Of a stretch of 64,000 nt of DNA, positions 40,207-48,261 are shown piece by piece. Origin of the DNA: an uncultured Candidatus Saccharibacteria bacterium (lineage in GTDB: Bacteria > Patescibacteriota > Minisyncoccia > Phycocordibacterales > UBA1550). Numbering within the stretch: position 1 is the stretch's first letter; each line of letters begins with the position of its first letter. The notes below the pieces were generated by a model. That model saw only the letters and a list, made by a program, of their open reading frames with translations, had not been told where the DNA came from and did not search any database. The DNA is taken from the NCBI GenBank assembly GCA_964642305.1, contig CAZXOE010000005.1, forward strand, positions 13,369 to 77,368, written 5' to 3'. Made by a program: the position numbers and the translations under genes.

Positions 40207-40656
40207 TTGAACAATCAACAGAGTTCAGCTGTAAAGAGCAAGGATTCAGCCCTGCTCGTGGCAATCAACCACGAGGGGAAGGTCGTCCTAGTCAAAAAGA
40301 CCAGCCACCGCCACCCGATGCTTCGCATCCCAGGTGGCGAAGTGGAGGACGGCGAGACTCCGCTGGACGCCGCAAAAAGGGAGTTTCTGGAGGAGACTGG
40401 GATGGAGGTTGGTGACAGCCTTGATGTCCGGTTCCTATTCTCGGACTGGAATGATCGGCACAAACACTACTACCACGTGTTCGCGTGCATTGCCCCAGAA
40501 TTTTCTGGCCTGCATGCCCACGACGTCCCAGACGGTGCTGATATGCTCGCCGTCGAGGTATGCGACCTTGAAGAAGCCTTCGGGGTAGGCGCAATGGTCC
40601 CCCAACACCTGAGCATTCTCAGGAAAGCTGTGGAGAAAATAGCGGTGTTTGCATAA
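40207..40656 (+). CDS. NUDIX hydrolase; strongly GC-rich relative to the locus
   Basis: Nudix box GGEVEDGETPLDAAKREFLEETG. Confidence 0.85.
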   Translation: MNNQQSSAVKSKDSALLVAINHEGKVVLVKKTSHRHPMLRIPGGEVEDGETPLDAAKREFLEETGMEVGDSLDVRFLFSDWNDRHKHYYHVFACIAPEFSGLHAHDVPDGADMLAVEVCDLEEAFGVGAMVPQHLSILRKAVEKIAVFA

Positions 40657-40678
40657 CTCACTCACCACCTGCAACAGG

Positions 40679-40710
40679 GCCGAACTTTTGGCCCTGTTTT
40701 TTATTTATGG
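40679..40710 (+). terminator. Rho-independent terminator after the NUDIX gene
   Basis: CAGGGCC-GAACTTTT-GGCCCTG followed by TTTTTT. Confidence 0.8.
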
Positions 40711-40743
40711 CTAAAACATTTGCAGGTCGAATGTTCTCCTGAG

Positions 40744-40816
40744 AAATGTCTTGAGCCAACCCCGGGAATTGAACCCGGAACCTACGGTTTACGATACCGT
40801 TGCTCTACCAGTTGAG
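40744..40816 (-). tRNA. tRNA-Thr (anticodon CGT)
   Basis: Reverse-complement cloverleaf: acceptor GCCGACC/GGTTGGC, anticodon loop ATCGTAA, T-loop TTCAATT. Confidence 0.75.
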
Positions 40817-40911
40817 CTAGGTCGGCTTACTACAAGTTTATAACGTTCATAAGGATTGTAAAGCAAAAATAAATATGTATTTACTTTTAGTCTATATAAA
40901 CTTTCCACTTA

Positions 40912-41047
40912 TATGGAGCCGATGTCCGGGGGCTCACTGCTCGCTCGCAGGCTCGCTTCGCTTTAGAAACCCACGGTTTCTAACTTTTTCCTCCACGGGA
41001 AACTCCCGTTTCCCGACCCCTTCCCAGGTTCAATCCCGGACATCGGC
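40912..41047 (-). other. tRNA-derived hairpin element of about 135 nt: 13 bp terminal stem copied from the tRNA-Thr T-arm and acceptor, internal GNRA-capped hairpins, 3' CCA
   Basis: Minus-strand 5' GCCGATGTCCGGG ... CCCGGACATCGGC-TCCA 3'. Internal CGGGAAAC-GGGA-GTTTCCCG and TTAGAAACC-GTG-GGTTTCTAA hairpins. Confidence 0.45.
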
Positions 41048-41051
41048 ATAT

Positions 41052-41087
41052 CAAATAGATAATTCTTAATTACGAATTATCTATTGG
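41052..41087 (-). terminator. Hairpin immediately 3' of tRNA-Thr(GGT)
   Basis: AATAGATAATTC-TTAATTAC-GAATTATCTATT. Confidence 0.6.
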
Positions 41088-41094
41088 AGCCGAT

Positions 41095-41170
41095 GTCCGG
41101 GATTGAACCGGAGACCTCGTCCTTACCAAGGACGCACTCTACCAACTGAGCTACATCGGCTTATATTTTA
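41095..41170 (-). tRNA. tRNA-Thr (anticodon GGT), CCA encoded
   Basis: GCCGATGTAGCTCAGTTGGTAGAGTGCGTCCTTGGTAAGGACGAGGTCTCCGGTTCAATCCCGGACATCGGCTCCA. Confidence 0.85.
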
Positions 41171-41554
41171 TTCTCACAGTATAGACAGACGTAGTGTTCA
41201 TGCTTACCTACCAAAACAGCTACATCGGCTTACTATACACCACGACACGATACACTATTTAGCGCATTCTTTCAATCAAAATGATAGCAAAAAGGTCCGG
41301 ATTATCGGATCTTTTGCTACTCCGTCACTTTTATCAACTTTGAGTTACGAAACTCAGGTATTCCTCGTATCGTCTTTGCGAACGAAGTGAAGCAATCTAG
41401 AATTAAGCACGCTACACACTGGATCACTTCGTCAGAGTACCTCCTCGTGAGGACGGAAGAATCAGAGTTTCGTAATTCAAAGTTTATCAAAGCTAAACCT
41501 TGATAAAAGTTTAACAAACTTACGAGAAAGACTTCATTGGGGATAGTATTATTT

Positions 41555-41891
41555 ATTAGCGACGTAGACGAATCACCAGATTCGCGTCTTGGACGAAGAT
41601 AAAAAAGTAATCTTTTTCAGTACTGAGCCGAGGAGCTAATATATGGAGTACCATATAATGACGGCACTCGGACGTTGTGAAAGAGATTACTCATTCACAC
41701 GCTCCTCGTTTGTCATTATAGGTCAATACCGCGTGGTCTCAGCGTCCAAGACGTGAATTTGCTAATTCAGCCACGCTTTTGTACTCGACCTTTAGGTCAT
41801 TCTGGTGAATGAGAAGCGAATTCGAAGTATTTTAGGTCCAAGACCCGAATCTACTGATTCGCCTGCAGTCTCTGCCGCAGGGGCCTATATT
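41555..41891 (+). repeat. Copy A (long form, 337 bp) of a three-copy structured repeat family
   Basis: Shares blocks ATTAGCGACGTAG, GAGCCGAGGAGCTAATATA, GCGAATTCGAAGTATT and the terminal hairpin ...TCTCTGCCGCAGGGGCCTATATT with copies at 46840-46998 and 63598-63757. Confidence 0.8.
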
Positions 41892-41912
41892 CGTTGCCCG
41901 TTGCAGTGTTAG

Positions 41913-44840
41913 CTAGAACATTCGGTACTTTATTTTTACAGAACTTCTAGCGCTACACGATGCGGAGCCTGCACCACCAGAGCCAGAGCATGTCCACATC
42001 CATGTCCCCCCATTATCAGAAGGGGTGGAATTACCAGCTGTTGTCGTACAAAGATTTGCAGTCGGCACTGTTGGTGTAGGAGTACCATGAGCGCTACCGC
42101 AAACGCCAGTGATATAACTTAAATTATAAACACGACATAGTGCGTTTGACCCTGTTCCACTATTATTTATTGCCATGCAACCCCATTCATAATACTGAGA
42201 TGTACCTGCTCCCGTAACTGCTGTAGGGGTACCATAGGAGCATAAGTTTGACGTAGGAGCTGTAAAAGAAGGAGTGTCCTCCGCGCTTCCGCACACGCCA
42301 TTTCTAGCAGTGGTGAACGAAACTTCTAGAGAATACCCTGTGCCATGCGAATTTGTTGCGTATCCACGCACGTAATATGTTGTTCCCTGCTGTAGCCCTG
42401 TTACGTTTATTGAATATGCTCCAAGTGTTGCTGGAGGCGCAGGTGTACAAGTTGCGCCGTTTGTATGACTAGGATTATTCATTATCCCATAGCAAACACC
42501 ACGCGCAGAAATTGATGGTGGGGTACGCTTGTGTAAATAAATCTTATTTTTTGGTGAACCTCCCTGGTAATATATTGATTTGCCATCTGGAGAAATTTGC
42601 ATTCCAGAAGTGAAAGAAGCAGAAGCACGGTTGTGCTCATACACAGGAGAAGTGGTGTCTATGCTTCCATCTGCTATACCTCTACGAAAAACAAAGATTT
42701 TGTCGAGAGATAGAAGATCACCAAACCCAAACCCGTAAACAGAATTTCCATCTGGAGATATTTTTATATTATCTATATTTCTACCTAAATTATAACTAGT
42801 TCCACCAGAAAGCAATCCTGTTGTTGTGTCGCGTGAGAACCTAGCTACCGCATTATAAATATTACCACCAATGTTAAGATAATCAGGATCATAAAATGGA
42901 TACACATATTTATCATCTGGTGAAACATAGACTTCCATGCTTGTAGGACGAGGCGCATCGGGGTAAAACACGAAAGTCCTGCCAGAAATCGTGCCAGTAA
43001 TTTGATTTCTAATGAACCTCCAAATCCTACTTGGAGGAGCACCTGATTCGTAATTTGCAGTATACAACGATTTACCATCTGATGAAAATGCGATATCACG
43101 CGCATACGCGGCCATAGTTGAAATATCAATAGTATTGCTCTCATTAGACAATGAACCATCAGCTAAATTTCGTGTACGCAATCTAAGCTTTCCCATGCTA
43201 GAAGTATCAGCAGATGTATATAAATGACTCCCGTCTGGAGATACAATAACCTCATGCGCTACATCAGTTGTTACGTAGGCAATCCTATTTGATAGTGTCC
43301 CATTATTTATATTCCTATCATATTTAACGATATATCTGCCCGTACCACCGGCAATAGAACACCCCGCATACACGTTCTTTCCGTCTGGTGATATAGTGAT
43401 AGGATTATTTATACCAATCGTGCAATTTCCTATATCATAGTTGGAAACATAGGTAAGCTCACCAGATTCATTTCTGTTGTATAAATATATCCCAGCTCTC
43501 TGGTTTGTTACATCGCCAATTGTTACTACATAAAAATGCTTTCCATCTGGCGAAGTAGCATTTGCTTGCAAACTTTCGTTAGTTGTTGCCAATGGTACAG
43601 TATACTCAATATATGGTTCCACCAGCTCCCCGCTGTAAGCTCCAAACGAGGTAACCTCCGCGCCGAGTGTTGCCGTGGTGGCTTTAATATATGTGCTTGT
43701 TGCGTTTATTACTGTAGGCAAAAGAGAAGTCTCTATGACATTTATGCTCGTCCATTCTCCGCAGTTGTTGTCTTCGGCTGTTGCAGGAGATTCAGTAATG
43801 ACACCTCCGCCAGCTGAAGCTGTTTTATCAGCGCACGACCTCACATAATACATACCACCTTCAGTAAATGTGTATGTTGTTGAAGATGCCACAGCGCTTG
43901 TGCCCGCGCCTAGAGCTGGCATTGTTTTAGGAGCAAGGTCGGTAATCGTGCCAGTCGTACTAGTAGCCACCTGAAAGAAATTTGGGAAACTCCCCCCAGT
44001 TGCCCCTGTGCCACTATTTGTTATGGCTGAATAAAAAAGTGTCGGCGAGTCAGTGATTACATTCACAGGGTACGAGGAACCCGCCGTGAGGTCTATATTT
44101 GTGGCTACATAGATACCATTAAAGGTAATCATACCACCAGAAGAAAGAGTGAGAGTTTCTGTTGCAGGTGTTGCGTATCCTGCAACATTCCCCCATGTTA
44201 TTGTGTATGTTCCTGTTGGCTTTGAGGTTGAAGTTTGAGAAGTGCCAGAGCCTGTGATTGTTGCTGGGCCAGTGATGGTCCAAGAGGATGAGATGTTTGA
44301 GGAGACGGATACGGTGCCGGTAGGAGAAGCAACTGTGATAAGGATACTAGAACTTCCGTCAAATCTAGGACTTAAATCATTAACCAGGCAGTCTGGGTCC
44401 TCTGCAGGACACCGTGGGTCACCAGCCCTTTTATAGTAGCTATCTAAATTAATAACATATGCGCCTGGAGTCATTGGAGCAGTAAGTACACCTGAGTGAA
44501 CCAATGTAACAGGATTAGGATTATACGGATGAGATAGAATATCTTCCATATTTTCTAAGTATGCATAATTCCCTTGAAGGGTCACGTAAATAGAATAATA
44601 ATAAAGAAGCTCTATTGGAATAAGTGTAGATAATGAACTGGTAAGATAAATATTTTCTCCTGGAGAAAATATTGTTTTGTTTATATTAACAGTGTAACTA
44701 TTTACATTAGTACCAAGGTAAGGATCTGTGCCCCAATAGGTTACCGCACCCACATCCTCAACTGCTACAATAAAAAACAATAAGGTAAGAAAAGTTGTTA
44801 AAAAGAATGACTTTGTTGTTTTTGTTAGTAGATTCTTCAT
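41913..44840 (-). CDS. Giant secreted surface protein: signal peptide, Ig-like domain shared with the 50058..51221 protein, YVTN-type beta-propeller repeats, Cys-rich C-terminus
   Basis: 975 aa. SPDGK/SSDGK..Y repeats. About 60 aa (SSSWTITGPATITGSGTSQTSTSKPTGTYTITWG) is near-identical to the paralog. Confidence 0.7.
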   Translation of the reverse strand: MKNLLTKTTKSFFLTTFLTLLFFIVAVEDVGAVTYWGTDPYLGTNVNSYTVNINKTIFSPGENIYLTSSLSTLIPIELLYYYSIYVTLQGNYAYLENMEDILSHPYNPNPVTLVHSGVLTAPMTPGAYVINLDSYYKRAGDPRCPAEDPDCLVNDLSPRFDGSSSILITVASPTGTVSVSSNISSSWTITGPATITGSGTSQTSTSKPTGTYTITWGNVAGYATPATETLTLSSGGMITFNGIYVATNIDLTAGSSYPVNVITDSPTLFYSAITNSGTGATGGSFPNFFQVATSTTGTITDLAPKTMPALGAGTSAVASSTTYTFTEGGMYYVRSCADKTASAGGGVITESPATAEDNNCGEWTSINVIETSLLPTVINATSTYIKATTATLGAEVTSFGAYSGELVEPYIEYTVPLATTNESLQANATSPDGKHFYVVTIGDVTNQRAGIYLYNRNESGELTYVSNYDIGNCTIGINNPITISPDGKNVYAGCSIAGGTGRYIVKYDRNINNGTLSNRIAYVTTDVAHEVIVSPDGSHLYTSADTSSMGKLRLRTRNLADGSLSNESNTIDISTMAAYARDIAFSSDGKSLYTANYESGAPPSRIWRFIRNQITGTISGRTFVFYPDAPRPTSMEVYVSPDDKYVYPFYDPDYLNIGGNIYNAVARFSRDTTTGLLSGGTSYNLGRNIDNIKISPDGNSVYGFGFGDLLSLDKIFVFRRGIADGSIDTTSPVYEHNRASASFTSGMQISPDGKSIYYQGGSPKNKIYLHKRTPPSISARGVCYGIMNNPSHTNGATCTPAPPATLGAYSINVTGLQQGTTYYVRGYATNSHGTGYSLEVSFTTARNGVCGSAEDTPSFTAPTSNLCSYGTPTAVTGAGTSQYYEWGCMAINNSGTGSNALCRVYNLSYITGVCGSAHGTPTPTVPTANLCTTTAGNSTPSDNGGTWMWTCSGSGGAGSASCSARSSVKIKYRMF

Positions 44841-44843
44841 TTA

Positions 44844-45320
44844 TTATTTTCTTAATACGCTAATACTCACCTGTGACTTCGCTGAATCTACATCGGAGTC
44901 ATAACTAATGGTCACATTAATATCATTACTTTCTTTTGTGCCATAGATAGAGGAAAGTTTTTCACTCTCGTATTTATTAGAAATATTCCACTGTTGTTTT
45001 TCAAAAAAACCAGTGTAGAGTGCGTAATTTTCTTTAACTGTTTTTGTGGAAAGAAAAACGATAGTGAGTTGCTTTTGACCAACATAATTCAAGCTATAGC
45101 TTTGTTTTAAATTTACCCCTTCCTCAACAGGTATATCTGTTGGAAAATCATTTGGTGCTTTTGCACCAAAATCTGTTCTTTTTGGCACTATATTTGTTGC
45201 AACATCATTTGTAGCTACATTTTTATTTTTTTCACTCCAAGAATACAGCAACAATGTAGCAACTACCAGTATGGCAATCCCAGATATGACAAGCAAGATA
45301 TTTCTATAATTCATTAACAT
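44844..45320 (-). CDS. Small membrane-anchored protein, paralog of 51218..51670
   Basis: 158 aa with an N-terminal TM; about 60% identical to the 150 aa paralog; lies 3 bp upstream of the giant protein gene. Confidence 0.6.
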   Translation of the reverse strand: MLMNYRNILLVISGIAILVVATLLLYSWSEKNKNVATNDVATNIVPKRTDFGAKAPNDFPTDIPVEEGVNLKQSYSLNYVGQKQLTIVFLSTKTVKENYALYTGFFEKQQWNISNKYESEKLSSIYGTKESNDINVTISYDSDVDSAKSQVSISVLRK

Positions 45321-45440
45321 TATTATACCCCCACACCTACTTTTTGCCTACTAGAGTTATCCACAAAGATAAATATATAAATGCGAATATAGTTTGTGAC
45401 TACAAAATCAATATGTAAAAGTAGGTGTGGGGGTGTACCC
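45321..45440 (-). promoter_or_regulatory. Second copy of the conserved upstream module: 17 bp inverted repeat CCCCCACACCTACTTTT / AAAAGTAGGTGTGGGGG plus TATAATAAT abutting the ATG
   Basis: First 25 nt are identical to 11999-12023. Confidence 0.5.
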
Positions 45441-45533
45441 CTAGAACTATTTTTTATATAACCTAATAGGCAAACTGGCTGTGGATAACTATCTAGGGAA
45501 TGCGGGCTATACTGCTCATTTTGACCGCGCAAA

Positions 45534-45574
45534 TACAAAAGTCGCCCAACGCTGTAGCGTTGGGCGACTTTTGT
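45534..45574 (-). terminator. 18 bp-stem hairpin 3' of tRNA-Asp
   Basis: ACAAAAGTCGCCCAACGC-TGTA-GCGTTGGGCGACTTTTGT. Confidence 0.8.
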
Positions 45575-45579
45575 ATTTG

Positions 45580-45654
45580 CGCGGTCGACCGGACTTGAAC
45601 CGGCAACCTCTCGCGTGACAGGCGAGTGCTACTAACCAGTTGAGCTACGACCGC
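45580..45654 (-). tRNA. tRNA-Asp (anticodon GTC)
   Basis: Acceptor GCGGTCG/CGACCGC, anticodon loop CTGTCAC, T-loop TTCAAGT, discriminator G. Confidence 0.8.
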
Positions 45655-46334
45655 AAATTCTTAAATTTGCCATATTTTTCAAACACAGCCTTCTTCCTAT
45701 CAAGAAAAAGCTTGTTCTTTGTATGACTTCTATGATTATACATAAAATCATAGAATTTCAAAGAGTCTTTTGTGCCAAACTGCAGACGGTAGCAATTTTC
45801 CTTTGGCTGGAAAATCGACCCTCCTTCAATGCCATAAATATTGAGCCTTTTGCGTATACTTTCTAAAAATACTTTTGAACACGAGGTTAATGCCACTTGA
45901 ATGGCAAGGCCTTGAGTTTCCCTCTCTTTATGAGTCACCCCAACCCAAACATTTCCATCACCATCAAAGTATCCTCTGACGAAATCAGAAAAATATTTTT
46001 GAGGGATGATTGGAACGACCAGATTTTTTGTTTTTCGCTCAGAGAAGCCAAGCTCTCTCAAATCCTCACACATCTCAATACTTCCAATCTGTAAACGATA
46101 AAGCGTGCTTTCATTTCCCCGCATAACACGAGTACTAATTTTGTGTTCCGACTGGATAGCTTTACGTATTTGCTCAAGAAGCTTTTTGTCAGTTATTTGA
46201 ATGCACCAAAATTGTCCACCTCGCTTGTTAACAGTAATGTACCCGTCAGCTGCAAAAAAACCTAGCACGTATGACATTTCTGGTGTCCATTTTTTAAAAA
46301 AACCTTTGTTTACTTTTTTTAATACTGGCACCAA
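45645..46334 (-). CDS. LAGLIDADG homing endonuclease (two motifs), free-standing; its 3' end overlaps the tRNA-Asp 5' end by 10 nt
   Basis: LGFFAADGY and RGYFDGDGN motifs. Confidence 0.8.
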   Translation of the reverse strand: MVPVLKKVNKGFFKKWTPEMSYVLGFFAADGYITVNKRGGQFWCIQITDKKLLEQIRKAIQSEHKISTRVMRGNESTLYRLQIGSIEMCEDLRELGFSERKTKNLVVPIIPQKYFSDFVRGYFDGDGNVWVGVTHKERETQGLAIQVALTSCSKVFLESIRKRLNIYGIEGGSIFQPKENCYRLQFGTKDSLKFYDFMYNHRSHTKNKLFLDRKKAVFEKYGKFKNLRS

Positions 46335-46398
46335 GTTATTATATCACGTGACAGGAAAGTATACTAGCCAACAAATTTGCATGCAAATTTTTCTATGG

Positions 46399-46470
46399 TG
46401 CCGATGAGTGGAATCGAACCACTATTTAGGGCTTATGAGTCCCTCGTTCTAACCATTGAACTACACCGGC
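46399..46470 (-). tRNA. tRNA-Met (anticodon CAT; elongator type with G1-C72; a lysidine-modified Ile2 tRNA cannot be excluded)
   Basis: GCCGGTGTAGTTCAATGGTTAGAACGAGGGACTCATAAGCCCTAAATAGTGGTTCGATTCCACTCATCGGCA. Confidence 0.75.
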
Positions 46471-46474
46471 TTAA

Positions 46475-47311
46475 TTAATATTTCTTCTTTACGGCATCAA
46501 TTAGCCCAAGTATCTCATATTTAAGTCTTGAACTTCTTCTTACCTTTAGTGACAAAATACCATAATATGAATCATAATTCTCATAAATCTTTTTTTGATT
46601 CATTTTTAAGAACACCTGATTACCAAACTGTGACTCAGGTAACTGTAACAGAGAAGACCAATATTTGACAACTTTTTTTATTCTTGGGCGGTGAATATCA
46701 TTAATAAATATTCTTGGCATAAAATCTTCATCATTCAGCTGAAACACTTTTTTGAACCACTTTTTCATCACAAGGATGATTTCTGGGTCAGAATTAACAA
46801 TTGCAAGAGCACTTCTATCACTCTTTGTACCCTCGCCCCAATATAGGCCCCTACGGCAGAGACCGCAGGGTAATACTTCGAATTCGCTTCGCTCATACAA
46901 AAGCGTGGCAGAGACCACGCGGTATTGACCTATATTAGCTCCTCGGCTCGGTGCTGAAAAAGATTACTTTTCCAGCACTCTCGCTCTACGTCGCTAATAA
47001 AGACCAACTCCTAGCATCAGTAAGTCTCTTTCTGTCATACGTCCCACAGTTTCTAAGGATTTCTTTTTACTGGCGCTCACGATATCCTGCTTTTTCTTGC
47101 GATTCATTTCAGCACCTATCATCCTGCCTTTATGCCCTGCAAGGATGGAACTCTGTCTAAGTCTACTCGTCTGTTTCTGTGTTAACACAACGCCCTGACA
47201 CCAAATACTTGCGGTTCCTTTTGATACGCCAACATGCTTAGCAATCGATCCTATGCTCCATCCCATTCTTCTTAATTTTTGAGCCCTAATCCTTTCTATG
47301 AACTTAGCCAT
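46475..47311 (-). pseudogene. HTH plus single-motif LAGLIDADG endonuclease gene split by insertion of repeat copy B
   Basis: ORF 46994..47311 ends ...LLMLGVGLY*, with the stop supplied by the repeat. ORF 46475..46918 resumes ...GLYWGEGTKSDRSALAIVNSDPEII. Joined, this gives a LAGLIDADG-like motif LGVGLYWGEGTK. Confidence 0.6.
46840..46998 (-). repeat. Copy B (short form, 159 bp) of the structured repeat family, inserted within a gene
   Basis: The reverse complement aligns block by block with copy C. Confidence 0.8.
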
Positions 47312-47351
47312 ATATATAATAATATCAGCTGTTCTAAAATAAACAAGACAT

Positions 47352-47401
47352 GAATTAAAGAATAACAGGTGTCATTTTAGACACCTGTTATTCTTTAATT
47401 C
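47352..47401 (-). terminator. 22 bp-stem hairpin immediately 3' of tRNA-fMet
   Basis: GAATTAAAGAATAACAGGTGTC-ATTTTA-GACACCTGTTATTCTTTAATTC. Confidence 0.6.
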
Positions 47402-47402
47402 A

Positions 47403-47477
47403 TGGTTGCGGGGGCCCGAATCGAACGGGCGTCTTCAGGTTATGAGCCTGATGAGATACCGCTTCTCTACCCCGCTA
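47403..47477 (-). tRNA. Initiator tRNA-fMet (anticodon CAT), CCA encoded
   Basis: Acceptor and 3' end ...GGCCCCCGCAACCA and the overall sequence closely resemble E. coli tRNAfMet; unpaired 1:72. Confidence 0.8.
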
Positions 47478-47586
47478 TATCTCCTATATTTGAACTTGTA
47501 TTATACCAAATCTGCAGAATTTTGCAAGAGGTATGTACACGCCAAGGTTCCTGACTTTACAGACTTTCGACTTTTAACTTTACGAC

Positions 47587-48258
47587 TTACAAATACCCCA
47601 ACTCCTTAAACGCATTGCCAAACTTTGCGATTGTATCTCGCGCCATTTTTTTAGACAGATCCATTTCAATAGCTCCACCGTGGGCAATTTCATTCCTAAC
47701 CTTGTGCGCCTCCCACAGATCATCGTATGAAGCTATTTTCGTACGACTCATTGATTTTAATTTTTCTGCGACAGTTTCTCCTGTAAATCCTAGATCCTCA
47801 AGTATCTGATCCAAAATATCGTCCGCCTCCAAAATAGCGATTTTCCACTCCGCTGGGCTTTCTGAGTTTACATGGTCAAGCACTACCTGCCACTGGGAAA
47901 GCTTTTCCCTTGCAAGTGTCTCATCCAAATGAATGGGGCTATATTTTTCATGTATGACATGATGCACCTCCCATATCTTTAATGTTGCCCAAAAAGACCC
48001 TGCGAGAAACAAAACTCCTAGCACCGCGAGAGCGCTCTTTAAGGAAAAAATAAAATTTTGCATTGTCTCAAAAGGAACGTAGCCTAGTAGAAACGACAAA
48101 ATTGCTGATGGAGCTTCTCCGGATGAAATTGTGTCTGCTGTGAGCGGTGTAATATTGTTACCTACATAAATAAAAAGAGCAATACCAACAACGATAGAAA
48201 CATCGCGGAATAATGTGTCTGGGGTTGGTGCTGGTGCTGAAAGTTTTTTTTCTGCCAT
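47587..48258 (-). CDS. Hypothetical membrane protein (three TM) with a C-terminal soluble domain
   Basis: 223 aa ORF. Confidence 0.4.
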   Translation of the reverse strand: MAEKKLSAPAPTPDTLFRDVSIVVGIALFIYVGNNITPLTADTISSGEAPSAILSFLLGYVPFETMQNFIFSLKSALAVLGVLFLAGSFWATLKIWEVHHVIHEKYSPIHLDETLAREKLSQWQVVLDHVNSESPAEWKIAILEADDILDQILEDLGFTGETVAEKLKSMSRTKIASYDDLWEAHKVRNEIAHGGAIEMDLSKKMARDTIAKFGNAFKELGYL

Positions 48259-48261
48259 ATT

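Noticed and set aside
40215-40674. Five overlapping ORFs (63-100 aa) on both strands
   Set aside because: An artefact of the GC-rich NUDIX gene; only the plus-strand ORF has a Nudix box.
41103-41517. ORFs of 95 and 66 aa across the tRNA-Thr, hairpin and repeat region
   Set aside because: They run through a tRNA gene and structured repeats; not credible as coding.
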